A stretch of DNA of 55,839 nucleotides, the filler included, from Sphacelaria rigidula (lineage: Eukaryota): assembly GCA_964200075.2 (NCBI GenBank). It is 5 parts of 5 records of this genome, joined end to end, with 100 filler letters (N's around TTAATTAATTAA, not from the genome) between each part and the next. Parts side by side here need not be neighbours in the genome. Positions count along the whole stretch, not along the records: positions 11,190 to 22,277 come from CAXNAA020005411.1; positions 22,378 to 33,465 come from CAXNAA020005412.1; 3 more parts are not named here. One strand, written 5' to 3'. The notes beneath the pieces are model-generated. The model made no database searches. It was given only the letters and a program-made list of their open reading frames with translations, and was not told the origin of the DNA. Positions 11,401 to 25,109 of this stretch are shown here, piece after piece. The position numbers and the translations under genes were made by a program. How positions within the stretch are numbered: position 1 is the stretch's first letter; every line of letters starts with the position of its first letter.

Positions 11401-14400
11401 TGAAACATCTTAAACACCTTACATGAAGCGGTGACAATTCAAGTTTGCGACGAATTTTCAAATCCTCAAAGATTGTGCTTCGATAAAAACGAGTGAGTTT
11501 GAATGGCCATGCTAAAGGACATACTATTTCAGCAAGTTCGCGCGCTCCACGCGACCTAACCCATTATAAGCTATCGTGACAGCATAACACAAGCATAGCA
11601 TCACAACATCATAATCTTCTCGACCATACTAATATCGAGAGACCAGGTGTAACGTACACGTGCACGGGGCGTTCACGTGCACCAGTGCATGACATGGATC
11701 AAGGGTTTATTTTTCATTATTTCACTAACGCAGGGTCAACCCCGTGTTAGTGGGGGGTCGGTCCCAAAAGGGTTCATACATGTATACATATACAGAAACA
11801 AGGGTACCCGATATAGTTCTGTCTGCGAAATCCCAGGACGAGTATTACACATTACACGTGCATTAGACGTTACACGTTACATGAAACGTTTCATATTACG
11901 TGTTTTGAGCGTTCGGGCAATTCAACGTTCACGTCACGTTACGCATGTCACATTGTAAACATTTAAAGCTACGTTAACGTTTCATATGAAAATTTACCGT
12001 TACGTGCACGTTACGTTTCGGCCAAAACGTGAAGTGAATGCAACGTGTAGTGCTATGGCACGTGTAACGTGTATATCCCTGAAAAAATTACTTTTGCAAA
12101 AGTGATTTTGTGACACCTCGAATGGGAACATGAAACATCCCGTGGACAGGGGGATAACCGGAGTTTTGACAGACAAGTCAACACAATCAAACGTGAACCT
12201 GAGGATCGTATTGCCCTCCCAGACCAAAACACACCGCTCCATTCATTGCTGCTCATCAGCTGAGCATGCTGTGCGTGACCTTGCTCAAATCGGTTCAGAA
12301 TACAGTGAGGAATGATAATTTTCGTGAGACGCGCGCATAGCACGCGCTCAAAAATAGTCAGCAACAGTTAACAGCACGTTTTCGGTTGCTATTTGATACG
12401 CACGCAGTCGCCTTTCATTCAATACTGGACAGATTTCCGTTAAACAAAGGCTGTCGTGTGTAGATGATGAAGGGCTAGCGCTTGAGATACTGCACGTGAG
12501 TTTTTGATGTCTATGCGTCGATTTTCGTGGCTCGGTGTGTCGGCGCTGTGCTACCTCGTTGCGCCTTGTCCGCAGCAGAACAGAGATATTGGACTAACGG
12601 CCACTTCCAGAACCGCCGCATTTTCCACCTGTGTGCAGACCTGGGCATCAATCTGGACAAAACTGCGTGTCGATAAGACGCAGCACTGGTCGTGGTCGGG
12701 GCAACCATTTCTTCAGAAGTGATTTTTTTAAAAGTGATGATCACTTCCGATAAGACCCCGCCTCAATCGGATGAGACTGAAGTAATGCTGTTGAGGGACT
12801 CCTCAGTTCCACTGGCCTCAAGGTCTCAGTCGTCAGTCTTCACACCACCTTATCATTATCGGAGTAAACAGCTGCAACCCCGTACCATCAGGCCTAGGCA
12901 ACACAGCAAGGGTCATCATCCGCAGGATGCCCTTGTCCCCTGGTCATCATCCAGGATCCACTATTTACTCAACCGTGACGGCGTGATTTCGCCACACATA
13001 CCATTTTCGAGCTCTACAGATCGCCGTAATAACCGCCATCAGCTCAGAAGTGTACCAGAATATGTCAGATTTGAAAACAATTACCACGGGATCGAATTTT
13101 ACCCAGCACCGTGGTATTTTGGTGACGTAGGATTTTGAAGTCGTCGGATTTGCACTGATGATGTTCACCAAAGACCCAGTAACCCTCCTGATAGTTCCCC
13201 TTGTATCTATCGTAGAAAAGCTCAGATTGCCCTCAAACTTGGCGACTCGGTAGGTATTGATGCTCCACGTGGTAGTGTATATTGTTGAAAACTATTACAA
13301 AGGTTTCTACGCTTTTCGCCGGCTTCCGGGGGTCGGGGCATGGAACCCCCCGGAAGTTGGTAAAGAATGCCCCAGAGCAAAATGGGGAAAACAAATATCA
13401 CCCCGGGGTAGTCCAAGGAACATTTGCACGGCCGGTCGTTGTGACACTCGACAGCAAACAGATGCGATGGGGTTGTTTGAAAATACGAAAAAACAAGTAA
13501 TAATAACGCAAACCGTCGGACAAGCTGGCCGATTCTCCCGGTTGACCGTCCGCAGCGCCGTGGCCTTCGTCGGAGTGAGAAGCGACGGCCGCCTACTCCG
13601 ACGTTAGTTGAAGAGGTCGAGCTCCCCGGTGTAGTCTAATTGAGCGTTGCAGGTTTTCCATGGTTCATGTCATGAAGACGTATATTAGCCTGTTGATGCC
13701 GCTTCAGACCCGTTGTCGACTCTGGCTCTGGCTTGCTTTTGTTTCGGTAGACAAGGCTGCAGGTCGGTTCAGAGTTGGTCGGGTACGAATGTGAACCTGT
13801 ATAATCACAGGGATGATACTGGATTTGGTCGTTGTCCCCACGACCAAAGCCCCCCCATCCTTCGCACTACCAACTGCTCCTCTACTGCTTTCCAGCAAAA
13901 GAAGTCTAACCATCGGTGAGACGTATCGGATTGGGTTGGATTGATTGAGTGGGTACTGGAGTTAGAATCAAGGTAACCGAGGAGGAGTCAAGAACCTATT
14001 TGCGTGAAACCTCGTCCGATACTTGGATGCCGAGCAGGTCACACGGTATCTACAAGTTGTAGCAGCCTGACGGTTGTACACTTGCCTGCCAAGCTTGTGC
14101 CTTGGGTTGCAAGCTGTGTCCTTGCATTATACTACCGCTTGCTGTTAATTACATTGGCGTTTGGCTGAGGAGCTTCTTCTTTGCCTATTGCGTTCCCTTC
14201 TTGTCCTGATTTGTATCCCTGCTGCCCAGCTGTGTAGCCCCAGCTTTTTGATCATTTTTGCCCCCTCTCGTTTCCTTCGGGACAGTTATAGTCGAATCTA
14301 TCGCTTCGATAGTCAGTCGCTTCTAAAAGCTTCTGCCCCGTGTGTCCCTCGGTAAAGAGTGTTCGTGCCCTGCTACTTGCAACCTGCTGTAGTGCTTGAC

Positions 14401-15081
14401 TGCACATTTTGTGCTACGTGGGGTCAACGCGCACTGCTTGCTATTCTTGCCGTGCTGTCAATTTTTGACATCCCCTGCACAAGGCCGCACGGTATCAGTT
14501 CCGACTGCACGTTGTGAATCTCTTCGTGAATCTTTCAGCCAGGCACGATCAATGCGCGAAGCCATCGTTGGCTCGTGTATTTGGTCTTGTTGCCCCCTTT
14601 CCTTCTGCTAAATAAGTCTTCTACTACAGGTTTGTACAGAACACCAGTGCACAAAGGCGCACTGTTGTTCATAGCCAGCCGCTGCCCCTGACCTGAGCTC
14701 CTGTCAAGTCAGCACGCTGCTGCTCTCATTTTTTCGATTGTACGCGACTGTTGTATCTTTTCGTGACGAAATTACTGAACAAGTACAACCCGTGCTCCCA
14801 TCTTGTGACACCGGACATCTGTACACGAAATTTGGACCCGTTCCGGCACTTTAACTTCGTTGCTTGTAGCTACTTTGTTGTTGTTGTAGCTTTAGCTTCA
14901 TTGTTTGTGGCTACTTTGTTGTTATTACCCTCTTCTGTACTTCGCACAACCGTAAGGCAACGCGGTACATCACAGTGGTAAGTAACAAAACACAGCACAA
15001 CGTACTGTGAGTTTGGTTTTCTCCTTTGACCCCTCTCGAATGAACAAAATAATTATTCCGAGACGGTTTCGTTGTGATAAT

Positions 15082-15330
15082 GACACTTTCTACGATGGCC
15101 CCCCCTCAAAAAGTGCATCGTTTTGGAGGGCGAAATCTTCACGTAAATCAAAATGGAAAAAGGCGAGCACAATGAGAAGCTGGGAATTCCCACGCTTGGG
15201 TCTGTTCTAGCCAATGTCGCCAATATGAGGCGCTTCATGCAGCCTGAACCCAAAAATCAGGCGCTGTATGGTCATTTTTTTCGTGACACTTTGGAGCAGG
15301 ATTTTGGGGGGGGCTATCGTAGAAAGTGTC
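15082..15330 (+). mobile_element. MITE family A, complete (249 bp)
   Basis: TIRs GACACTTTCTACGATGGCCCCCCC / GGGGGGGCTATCGTAGAAAGTGTC; five copies in the window. Confidence 0.9.
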
Positions 15331-16348
15331 CAAGTGTCGTTGAATTTCAAACTTACGTTACGTGCTCATTTGAACAGACAACACTCGAAACCAGTGCCCC
15401 TTGCCTGCGCACTACAACCTTTCGGCACCCGCTCTCAGCGTTGCCCCTGTTGTGCACCACGTCACCTTTGTTCCACATACGTACGTTGCCCCAACTCCGT
15501 CGGGTAACAAGCGTTCGCTCTGCACTACGCAGTGCGATTTCGCGGTTTACAGCCCAAGCTTTGTGAAAGCTTTTGCGCCGCCTCACGCTGCACAATTTTC
15601 GTGCGCATCTAAAATATATATATATATATATACTCATTTGCACACCGCCAGTCGTCCCTCAGCTTGTGCCGGGAAATACAGTTATCGTCTGCCGTGACGC
15701 TACACCCGGAACACGTGTAAGTTTCACGACTTCCACGCACCAACGCTGCTACAGATAATCGGGTGTTCGCTTTTCCTCGACGACATACGTCTGTTCTGTG
15801 CACAATTCCGAGCTCCATTGATAGCTCTTACCGCCACAACTTTAATAAAGTTGTATTAACCAGACCCCGGACATAAGTGTTACATACAGCAATTCGCTCG
15901 AATAAATTACTCAAGTACACCGGGTCCCACGGTCCCCTCAGGCGCTATTAGGCTTCATTATCCCGTGTATCCGGATACAAGCTCCGGCTTTTGCACGTAG
16001 CATCTCTTGGTGTCACGCTCCTTTAATCAGAGCTCGCAGACCATACACATTGCACCTGATTTTTGAAACAAAGACTGCGTACTATTATCATGTCGCACAG
16101 AAATAACGCTGGCTCTTTCCCTCAATTGGGAAACCAACCGCTTCGCCGGACCCGGAGTCAAACTACCGGCGGTTCGCAATCTTTTAAGATGAGTGGCACG
16201 TCACCTTCAACTCATCACCGCACGTATGCGAGCGCTGCTCGATCTTCGGGATCTGAAGACCAACTTTCGAGCGAAGCTCGTTCTTCAAGGCTTGAAGACA
16301 AGATTTTGACGCCGACACCTGTTCTCTCACGTTTCGACCAGGACTCAG

Positions 16349-16596
16349 GACACTTTCTACGATAGCCCCCCCCAAAAACCAGCTAAAAGTGCCACGAAAC
16401 AAATGGCCATAAAGCGCCTGATGTTCGGGTTCAGGCTGCATAAAGCGCCTCATATTGGCGACACTGGCTGGAACGAACCCAAGCGTGGGAATTCCCAGCT
16501 TCTCCTTGTGCTCGGCTTTTCCCATCTCGATTTACGTGGAGATTTCGCCTCCCAACCCCATGCATTTTTGGGGGGGGGGCTATCGTAGAAAGTGTC
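16349..16596 (-). mobile_element. MITE family A, complete, with 4-bp TSD TCAG
   Basis: Perfect TIR GACACTTTCTACGATAGCCCCCCC; TCAG at 16345-16348 and 16597-16600. Confidence 0.92.
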
Positions 16597-19257
16597 TCAG
16601 AGAACATGGTAGTGCAACCGACCGAGTCATTGGTTCCTGACGGGCATGTCAGTGAGCCCATAACGGTGGATTCCGTCGCACACCCCTCGCTGGCCCCTGC
16701 TCTCCCGAATTCCAATGTCGAATCCGGAGTTAGGATTGTGCCCTCAGTCGAGTCGTTGCCCCTGGACACACGTGTCCAGCTTGGCCCTGTCACCGTTGCC
16801 CCAACCACGGCGTCCCGTCGCATGACGACTGGCAACTCTCGAAACGATTCTGTCCCGACGAAGCGCATCGCTTCTGGAGCAAGAGACTTTATCACACGGG
16901 CTGCCTCCGTTACGGACCCCCTTCTCACGACTCTCGATAGTCCCATGCACCCTACTGCACAGTCCAATGTCGGACCGGCAGTTGCGGCCATGCATGCTGC
17001 CATGCAAACTCTTCATCGCACCTCCTCGGCGTCGTCGCCATCGCCAGCACCAGCTCTCATCAAGGCATCGACGGCTTTTTGCCACGCAACGCTCCAAGAT
17101 CAATCGGCGTCTGCTCATGTGCAATTCAATGATGATTCTGCACCTGCCACGTCCAAACCCGTACGTCTGGCGTCCCGTTCGGCAACATTGCGCCCCCCGT
17201 TCGTCACTCAGGATAAATTCAACAAACATGAGTCCAGCCCTTCCTCAACGTCGCAGCGCAGCCTTACTCGCGCTTCTGACCAGCGCCGCACACCAAGACT
17301 TGGTCACGACCACGTCTCCCGTGCTGGCAGTTCTAAGGGCAACTCCCAGCAAAGCTTGAATTCATCGCGCGTTTCAATACATCCGAAGAACGTCCCTCGT
17401 GGTTACACGTACGGCGGCGGCTCACGTCATAGCTCCAACTCATCACGCGCTCCGCAGCGCCCGGTGAATACTAACTGTGAACGTACTCACGAGGATGCCT
17501 TGCGGCACAGATCAAGGTCTTTGCGCGTTAACTCGCGCTCGAAACACACCGATCATGCATCCTCGCGCATCTCTCCTGCTCAGCAATTGTCACACAGGCG
17601 TCATGTGCGCAATGATAAATAACACTGTACATGCTGATGATATCCAAAACATATTTTCGGACATGTCACCGGCTCCGGAATCCTCAATTGAGGGATCCGG
17701 CCGCACCTCATCGCACAACCGACGACCACGCACTGACTGCGAACCGCCGTCCCGTTCCGACGCTGCGCTTATTCGTTCTCTGCAACAACGTTTGACAGAT
17801 CTCGAACGATTACTCGCAACAGCAACCATGGACACAAAATGCACTACCGCTGCTGCTAAGCCTACGAGGGAGACCACTAATGCCGCTCCCACTACCACCG
17901 CAGCCGCCACTACCGTGGTCACTGCCCCTTCTGCCGCAGCCACTGCAGCCACGGCCCCAACTCCTGCTGCCGCCCAGTCTGCAGTAGACACAGATGCGGA
18001 TAGTGGTCCCACCACTGGCCCTGTCGGGGACGTCTTCGTGCGCTCGCCTTCTTCGGTGGAGGATCTTCCTCCGCTCGGCGACGAGCATTGTCCCACCGGG
18101 CTTCTGTTGAGGTTATTCAGGGACAACCCCCGCGCGGAACAAGAAAAGCTCATTCACGACTATGCGTCCCAAGCCCCGGCGCTAGCCCGCAACATACTCG
18201 ACCAGCAACGAGACGCTGACGAGGCTGCCACCCACCTCCTTTTGGAGGAACATGCTGCCAAGCTGGAGGATTTTTAGTGACAGGCTTCAATCGCCCAAGC
18301 CACCAAGACGGTGGCGCACAGGGCGTTGCAGGGAGGGCAGACTGCAGCCTTGACGGCACAGAGGAGGGTTCGCGAGCTACAAGATCATGTTCGGTGCACT
18401 ACGCAAGAAGTAGATTCGTCGATAGCGCGGGTGACCCACCATCAAGCCTCCCCGCCGCCTTCCACCGACCACTTGCTCGACACTCGACCTCCTCGACAGC
18501 CCACGCCCACCAGGTCGGACTACGTTATACCACGTAAGTCCGACAGGGCGTCATCTGTCGCGGCCGCCGCCGCACCCACGCCGCCTCGTGCACCTGACCC
18601 GGAGGTCACTGCCGGCCCCACCACAGGCCTGCAACTTACACCACACGAACGAGTGTGGCTTTCTCGGTCTGCTGCCGACTATACCGGCCCCTTCCAGCGA
18701 AACAACCCCCTTCATTGTTCCCGCCACGCTTAGAACACCATTTCCCAACGCATGTTAGCCGTTATTGGTGGCTACGTGGAACAGGGCGGCTTCTTCCAGG
18801 ACGAAGGCGTGTCGGCGATCACCTTGGGCCAACAGGTCCTTCAGGCGACTATCGGCGATAGTCCGCATCTCCAGCGTTACGTTGACACTGTCACCGGTTT
18901 TTTTGCGGCGCTACGCGCCGCTTCTAACTGTGATCCTGCCGCGACTCTCCCCGACGATAACGAAGATGAGGATGGGTGGACCACCACGACCTCCAATTGC
19001 CAGGGCCACAAGAAGAATCACCGTCGCGATGACGATGACAACAATGGCGGGAATTCACGCCGCCGCCATGGCGGTGGAGGATCCTTTTCGGGCGGTTCCG
19101 GACCAAACCGCCCGCCTCGCAAACCGAAAGGCAAGAACACCGGAGGTACCTCGTCCGGATCATCCGCAACGGCCTGGAACCGGTCCGGTAAAGACCTTCC
19201 CCCCACGGGTTCAGCGACCCAAAGGCAAGGGACTCCCAAATTGGCTGATGTTTCGGC

Positions 19258-19517
19258 GAGCAATGCTACGGTAGGGGTGCACTTTTTTCGCGAAATTTTG
19301 TCTGGTTCAGGGGCTCCTAACGGTTCTAGNNNNNNNNNNTGAATAAGTGCCAGGGCATCCCCGTTTGCAGATTAATTCGGGATATCCACAGCACATTGGA
19401 ATAGTAATCCTCGCGTACTCTCGCACATTTTCACAAGTCGTGTTTTGGATGAGATGAGGGGCTCCTAACAATTTTAACCTCAGAAATTATTTTTGTACCC
19501 CTACCGTAGCATCACTC
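19258..19517. mobile_element. MITE family B (GAG termini, ~4-bp TSD, Sola-like)
   Basis: TIRs GAGCAATGCTACGGTAGGGGTGCA / TGTACCCCTACCGTAGCATCACTC; flanks CGGC/CAGC; contains a short N gap; the same terminus recurs at 33423. Confidence 0.85.
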
Positions 19518-22377
19518 CAGCCCGCATTTTAGGTTTGTCCGATACGGACACACCTGACCGTCCTTTGCCTTTTACTGCAGCCCGTGTCTTAGCAACCGCT
19601 GCGGCTGACAAAGAACGTTCTGAAGCTAGCAAAAAAGTAGCTTCCGATAGAGCTGAATCTGCCCGAGTAGCTGCAATTCAAAGACAGTATATTCAAATGG
19701 ATGTGAAAAAACTCTGGCACATCAAAACCATGCCCGCCGCGGATAATGAAGATTCGGGTCAGTTTATTTCTGCCCTTATCACGTCCATCCGCCGTACTGC
19801 TTGTAACATCCTTCACTTGGCGGATGTGACTGGCACACAACGTTTCGAAGATTCCGACTGGGTGGAGGGCCGGCAGACTCCCTTGCACAAAGCAGTGCAT
19901 CGATCGATGAGCCGCCGCTCTCCCGACTTCGCTGCTTCTTTAACGCAGGTTCTCGACGGATTCCTCGCGAAGATGGATCCGGATCGTCCCCAAGGGAAGA
20001 CAGGCCCGATATTGCTCTCTGATTTGGAAAGGCGTCTCATAGGCTACTTTGACAAAAGTGACCAAGCCAGCGCCATCCAGAGGCTGAGTTCTTTTGTCGT
20101 CGCATCCGATGTCCCCTTCGCGGATTATCTCCGTGAATTTAAGCTTCTAGTTTCGGGTACGACGGGAGTCGCACGTCAGAACGGACCGAGCGATGCAATG
20201 TGTCAGACTTACGTTCGCAATAGCGTTGCTCAACACTATCCGGCTCTGATGCCGTCGTTGTTTCCGGGTGTTCAGTGCCTTACGCCTCTATTGATACTAT
20301 GTGGTCTGGTTTTGCACACCAAGAGGGTAATCTAACGCCTGCCATACGTGGCAAACCTTCTACGTCTGTGCGTTCACAACCTACGGTTGTGTCCTCCGTC
20401 CATGCCCAAGGGACTCGCGGCAGGAGTTCGAGCTCGTCTCGCGCTTCATGGACCCCCGACTCAGTCGCCGGTTCAGTAATGCATGTTCAGAGTACCAGAG
20501 ATACATTTAGCGCGAGTTTAGACGGTTGGTCGTTTTCCGAGGAAACTTGGGATGATGTTTATTTGACTTCAATAACAGCATTCATAACCGATGACCCCCA
20601 TTTGTGGAACCCACTTCTTTCGTCTTCCGCTAGACGCAATGCCTTCAGCAGTCATGCCAACAGTTGCATCAACTGTAGTGTTGAAGGCCACAGCATGCGC
20701 GACTGTGACACTCCATGCATCAATGCCTTCGATCTCATGAACCCTGAATTGCAGGAGAATGAACCCGCGTGGCGTCGACGGCAAAAACGCATGGGCGACT
20801 ATCGTCCGCCAAATCGAAATTTCCGCAACAATTCGAACCAACGTGGCAACAAAAGCTCTAATCGCGGTCGCCGACAGTACAACAATCACGGAAGCCCTCG
20901 CCAGAACGACCAAAATTCACGCGACAACAAACGTTCCGCTGATAGACACCAGCGGACGGGACCGACACAAAGTTCTAATCCCAACACCAGAAGCCCTGGT
21001 ACCTTCACTACGGATCGCCTAGATCCATGACGTGCCGACGCCGGCGTTCTTCGGTCTTCCACGCCGTCGATAGCACGAGCGAAGACTTTTTCAACATAGC
21101 CCGCGGAGTCTGTGTCAAAAATTGCTCATTCGACTCTCCCGGCACTATCCAGGAGCGTAACAGACGGCCGTTCATATCGATCCCCGTCTCGAACCTCCAC
21201 ACAATTTTCAACACAGCCCGCAGAGCCCGCGACTAATATTGTCAACCCGGCTCTCCCGGCACTATGCAGGAGTGCAACTGACGGCCATTCAAATCGACCC
21301 CCGTCTTCATCCCTCCACACACCGCGTAACAGTTGTGTCACCCCGCGACTCAGACCTACACCCGGCACTGAACTTGGTCCTTCAGTACCGAGCGTAAGTC
21401 TCAGGTGTGGGAAGACCAACCGCCAGTCCCTGATGCAACGGCATCCCTCAGCGACCGCACGCACAGGTAGCAGCAAGCCTTTTTCAGCTGACCCAGGTGT
21501 TGCTAATTTCAACCTGACCACATCGGATCACGTAATTCCCAATCAGTTCGATCGGGCTCCTTCCCCGCGATTTTCAAGACGCACGGACCTACCTTCGGCC
21601 GGTTTTACTAACAACCGCCCCAACATATCTTCGGCCATGCCCCAACAGCCAAGCTTGCCTATGGAAAGCAGCCTACAAGTTTCGCTCCGTCATGCCCCAA
21701 TGCTGACCCCATCCACGCAACTGGACGCAGTTGTGGTTTCATCCCCAAATGTTTTGGAAGTTCCCCGATCTTTGTCACGGCGAAAGATAAGAGCCCCGTA
21801 AGCATGCCCCCAAGGACGCGCGCGCATCATCACGTACACCTCTTTCGAGCGGAAATCCTCGACCTCAATCTCTCCAAGATGCGAAGACTTTGAGCTCGAC
21901 GGCTCTATCAAGTATCCCGGAAGACACAAAATCACATGATTCTGACGGCACTACTTCTTCAATCGACGGCTCCAGCCCCGCACGTTCTGGATTCCCCGTT
22001 GACGGTGATCCCTGTCAACCAACGGCGATCATTTACGAAATTGCCAATGACCGTGCCTCATCTGGAAATAATATACCGTCCACCTCCTTCTCTGGTGAGA
22101 CATTTGACCCACCGGCGGATCATCCGCCGTGCGTTTTTGCTGTCAGCCCCGCTGATCCTGACCAGTTTACCTTGCCGGAACACGGGCCGGATCTTGTCGG
22201 CGGAAAAGTGTCTGTAGATCCGGCCACTTTCACTACTCGCGTTGCGATCCATGCCGGTCCAAACGCTATCACGCCTANNNNNNNNNNNNNNNNNNNNNNN
22301 NNNNNNNNNNNNNNNNNNNNNTTAATTAATTAANNNNNNNNNNNNNNNNNNNNNNNNNNNNNNNNNNNNNNNNNNNN

Positions 22378-22601
22378 AAACCAGCTGAAAGTGTCACGAA
22401 AAAAATGGCCGTACAGCGCCTCATCATGTTCCGGTTCAGGCTGCATGAAGTGCCTCATATTGGCTACATTGGCTAGAACGAACCCAAGCGTGGGAATACC
22501 CAGCTTTTCGTTGTGCTCGGCTTTACCCACATCGATTTACGTGAAGATTTTGCCTCCCAAAACCATGCACGTTTTTGAGGGGGACTATCGTAGAAAGTGT
22601 C
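22378..22601 (-). mobile_element. MITE family A copy cut by a gap
   Basis: Homologous to 16349-16596; right TIR ...CTATCGTAGAAAGTGTC. Confidence 0.85.
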
Positions 22602-23071
22602 GAAGCTGGTAGCGAAAGCTTGACATACAACACGTCACACGCTACGCGTCATACTACACGTTTTCCTTACACATAGAGTCAGACTGCGCGTTTTTTAGGC
22701 ATAAGTAGTAGGCGTGAACTTCTGTGTACTCTGAAGATCTGCTTGAGTTTCCTCACTGGGAAACGATAATGATGTTGGTGTTTCTTGCTGACAAAACTTG
22801 ATGCGATTTCTTGTCGCCTACCGCTATTGTACGATTATTGCGTCATCGTTCGTTCTGTAGGGCGAGATTACCCAGGGACCCGGTGTGCCTGCGTGGTTTG
22901 GTGTGGTTTCCAGCGTCAAGTGTGGGGTTTCCGTTGTCCGCTGTTCCGCTGTTTTCCGACACAGGAGCGGTACGCTTTTCCCATGCGAAGTTGAGGAATG
23001 ACATGACCCCTGCTCCCCCCTCGTATCGTTGGGCATTAGGTTGCAGGGGCGGGCGGGGTGTGGAGTGCATA

Positions 23072-23598
23072 CAGTATTGGGCGCCTGAACTGTTCAGGGT
23101 CGTATTCTCTCGTATTACTCTTCGATAGAGCTCCAAAGTGCTAGCGTCGGTAGAGTTTGGTAAAATAAGCGGAAAATCCTAAAAAACCAGTGCCCAAGTT
23201 AGTGATACTTGGTGTTATAGGGCGATACGAGCAGATACCCCGTTTAAAGGGTATTATTGACAGTGAAACACAGTTATTCGGCTCTGGTGCAGTGAGTGGG
23301 TAGAACTTGAAGAATATAAAACTGTACATTTCTTCAGAACAACGGTCGGGACAAGCTCGATAGACCGAAAATTCCGTTGATTCAGAATTCGTGCTGAAAA
23401 ATTGCAGGACCCCCGATGACTGGTCAGTCCGTGAGTCATTTGATGTTGAGTGCAGATGATTTTTGTTTTTATCGAATGTGGAGCGGATACAAGTATCTTC
23501 AGATCCCCAATGTAATGGGCGGTGACAAGCGAAAGAGCCTAGGAAAATCGCCAATGGCGAAGAAAATAGAAAAATAACATCTCAGGTGCCTACTACTA
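23072..23598 (+). mobile_element. Tc1/mariner-type MITE family D, diverged copy
   Basis: Internal homology to 46396-46944; TA|CAGTATTGGGCGCCTGA left end; degenerate right TIR. Confidence 0.7.
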
Positions 23599-25109
23599 TC
23601 TACTACTCCGGAGTATAGTTTTTCTTTTCGACTTTCGACACACTGTGTTGGCTAGGATTAGGTGCCAGATTTGAACAGCAGCTTTTGAATTAATCAAGTA
23701 ATTTCCAGCGCCATTTCCTATCACGCAATACACTCTTTGTCACCAGTCACGAGCCACTGTGCTGTAAAATTAGACAGGTGCGGAGTGCGGAGGTGTGAGA
23801 TCGAACCTTGCCGTCACCGATAATGGGTGTGTTTGAGCGTACTCATCACCCACCACACACGAAACATACGACAATAATGCCTAATTCACCTGCGCTCTAA
23901 TAATTTGCAGGCGGTTTAACCGGTTTTTTGTCGTTGAAAATAACGCCTCTTAACCGGTAACCGGTTTTTTTTTCAGGTATCCGGTGCCCACCTCTATTTT
24001 AGACTGATACTGGTAGTCATTATTGATATGCTGTCAATTTTCGTCTGAAATAGAATGGCGATGTATTTCACCCTGTCTAGTCGCTGCACAAGTGGTTAAT
24101 TTCGCTGGGCGTAGCTCTGGATTACTCTGCCGTCCTTCTTCGTTTACCTGCAAGAGTCTACTGGTGTTCAGTAGGCCAAGCACGCATTTGAGTCTTGCAA
24201 ACAACGGGTCTACGTGTGATTATGTATTGTTCGGATGTATAGGCGTATGTTATAACCGTGGATTGCCATACGCTGAAGAGACACACGAAAAACAAGGTAC
24301 CTCAACTTGCCGTGGTGGCTGGTTCCCGCACCAATGAGTGCTGAGGTGGTCTGTTACCATCCAACTTTCCCGTGCACTACCGTGGTGGCTGGCTTCTGTA
24401 CCAATGAGTACCAGTGTGGCCAGTTGCTATGTAAACGTTACCGTGTACCACCGTGGTGGCTGGATACAGTGGTGAACGTTACCAACCTCAAAACGTCATA
24501 ACGAGGTAAACCTTGGAAAATTCTGCCATCGGACCTGCGTATTCCTTGGCTCAGGCATAGGGTAATGGTTTTATATCTTTCGTTGAAGAGCACCCAAGTT
24601 CTACTGTAACTTGGGAGAGTGCTGATGAGATGGAGAGTAGTTGAAGGGAAGTTGGTAAGGGTTGCGGTCGGCTCCGCTGCTCTCAGCTGTACTGTACCAC
24701 ATTTTGCACACACTTGACTGTCGGTACTCGTACGTCACCCCGATCCCCGGTTCTACGTAGATCCAGCATTACGGGGTATCTGAATCACTCGAACACCCTC
24801 TCTGATCGGATACCTCAGCACTCAAAGCTAAAAACAAAACAAAAATATGGAGTAAACTCGGCCTTCCGAGCAAAAACCCTCAATCACACAAACTCCACCG
24901 CTTGTGCTCAAAAACAAACAGCCCTTTATCGCAGACGCCCAGGCCAGGGCACCTGGACTTGACAACGGGAAACGCTCTACAAACCCATGCCCCACAAAGT
25001 AGCGTGAGCGGCTTCACCCGATGTAAGTGCAAATGCATTACGGAAACCATGACCTGAAACATCTAGAGCTGACAAATCGAAAGACACACACAAAACGAAA
25101 TTGGTGCCT

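Larger units (their letters stand above)
16090..22277 (+). pseudogene. Long decayed gag-type ORF of a retroelement (possibly Ty3/gypsy), split by two MITEs and truncated at a gap
   Basis: Consecutive + strand ORFs rejoin in frame when the MITEs are removed; gag-like segment RLSSFVV...FADYLREFKLLVSG; CCHC knuckle CINCSVEGHSMRDC (~20666-20706); several stops and frameshifts; no pol seen before the gap. Confidence 0.7.

Noticed and set aside
23910-23996. Solo hAT-like termini (TAGAGGTGGGCACCGG here; CAGTGTTGGATATCG at ~40670-40684, both on minus)
   Set aside because: No partner TIR found nearby, so element boundaries cannot be supported.
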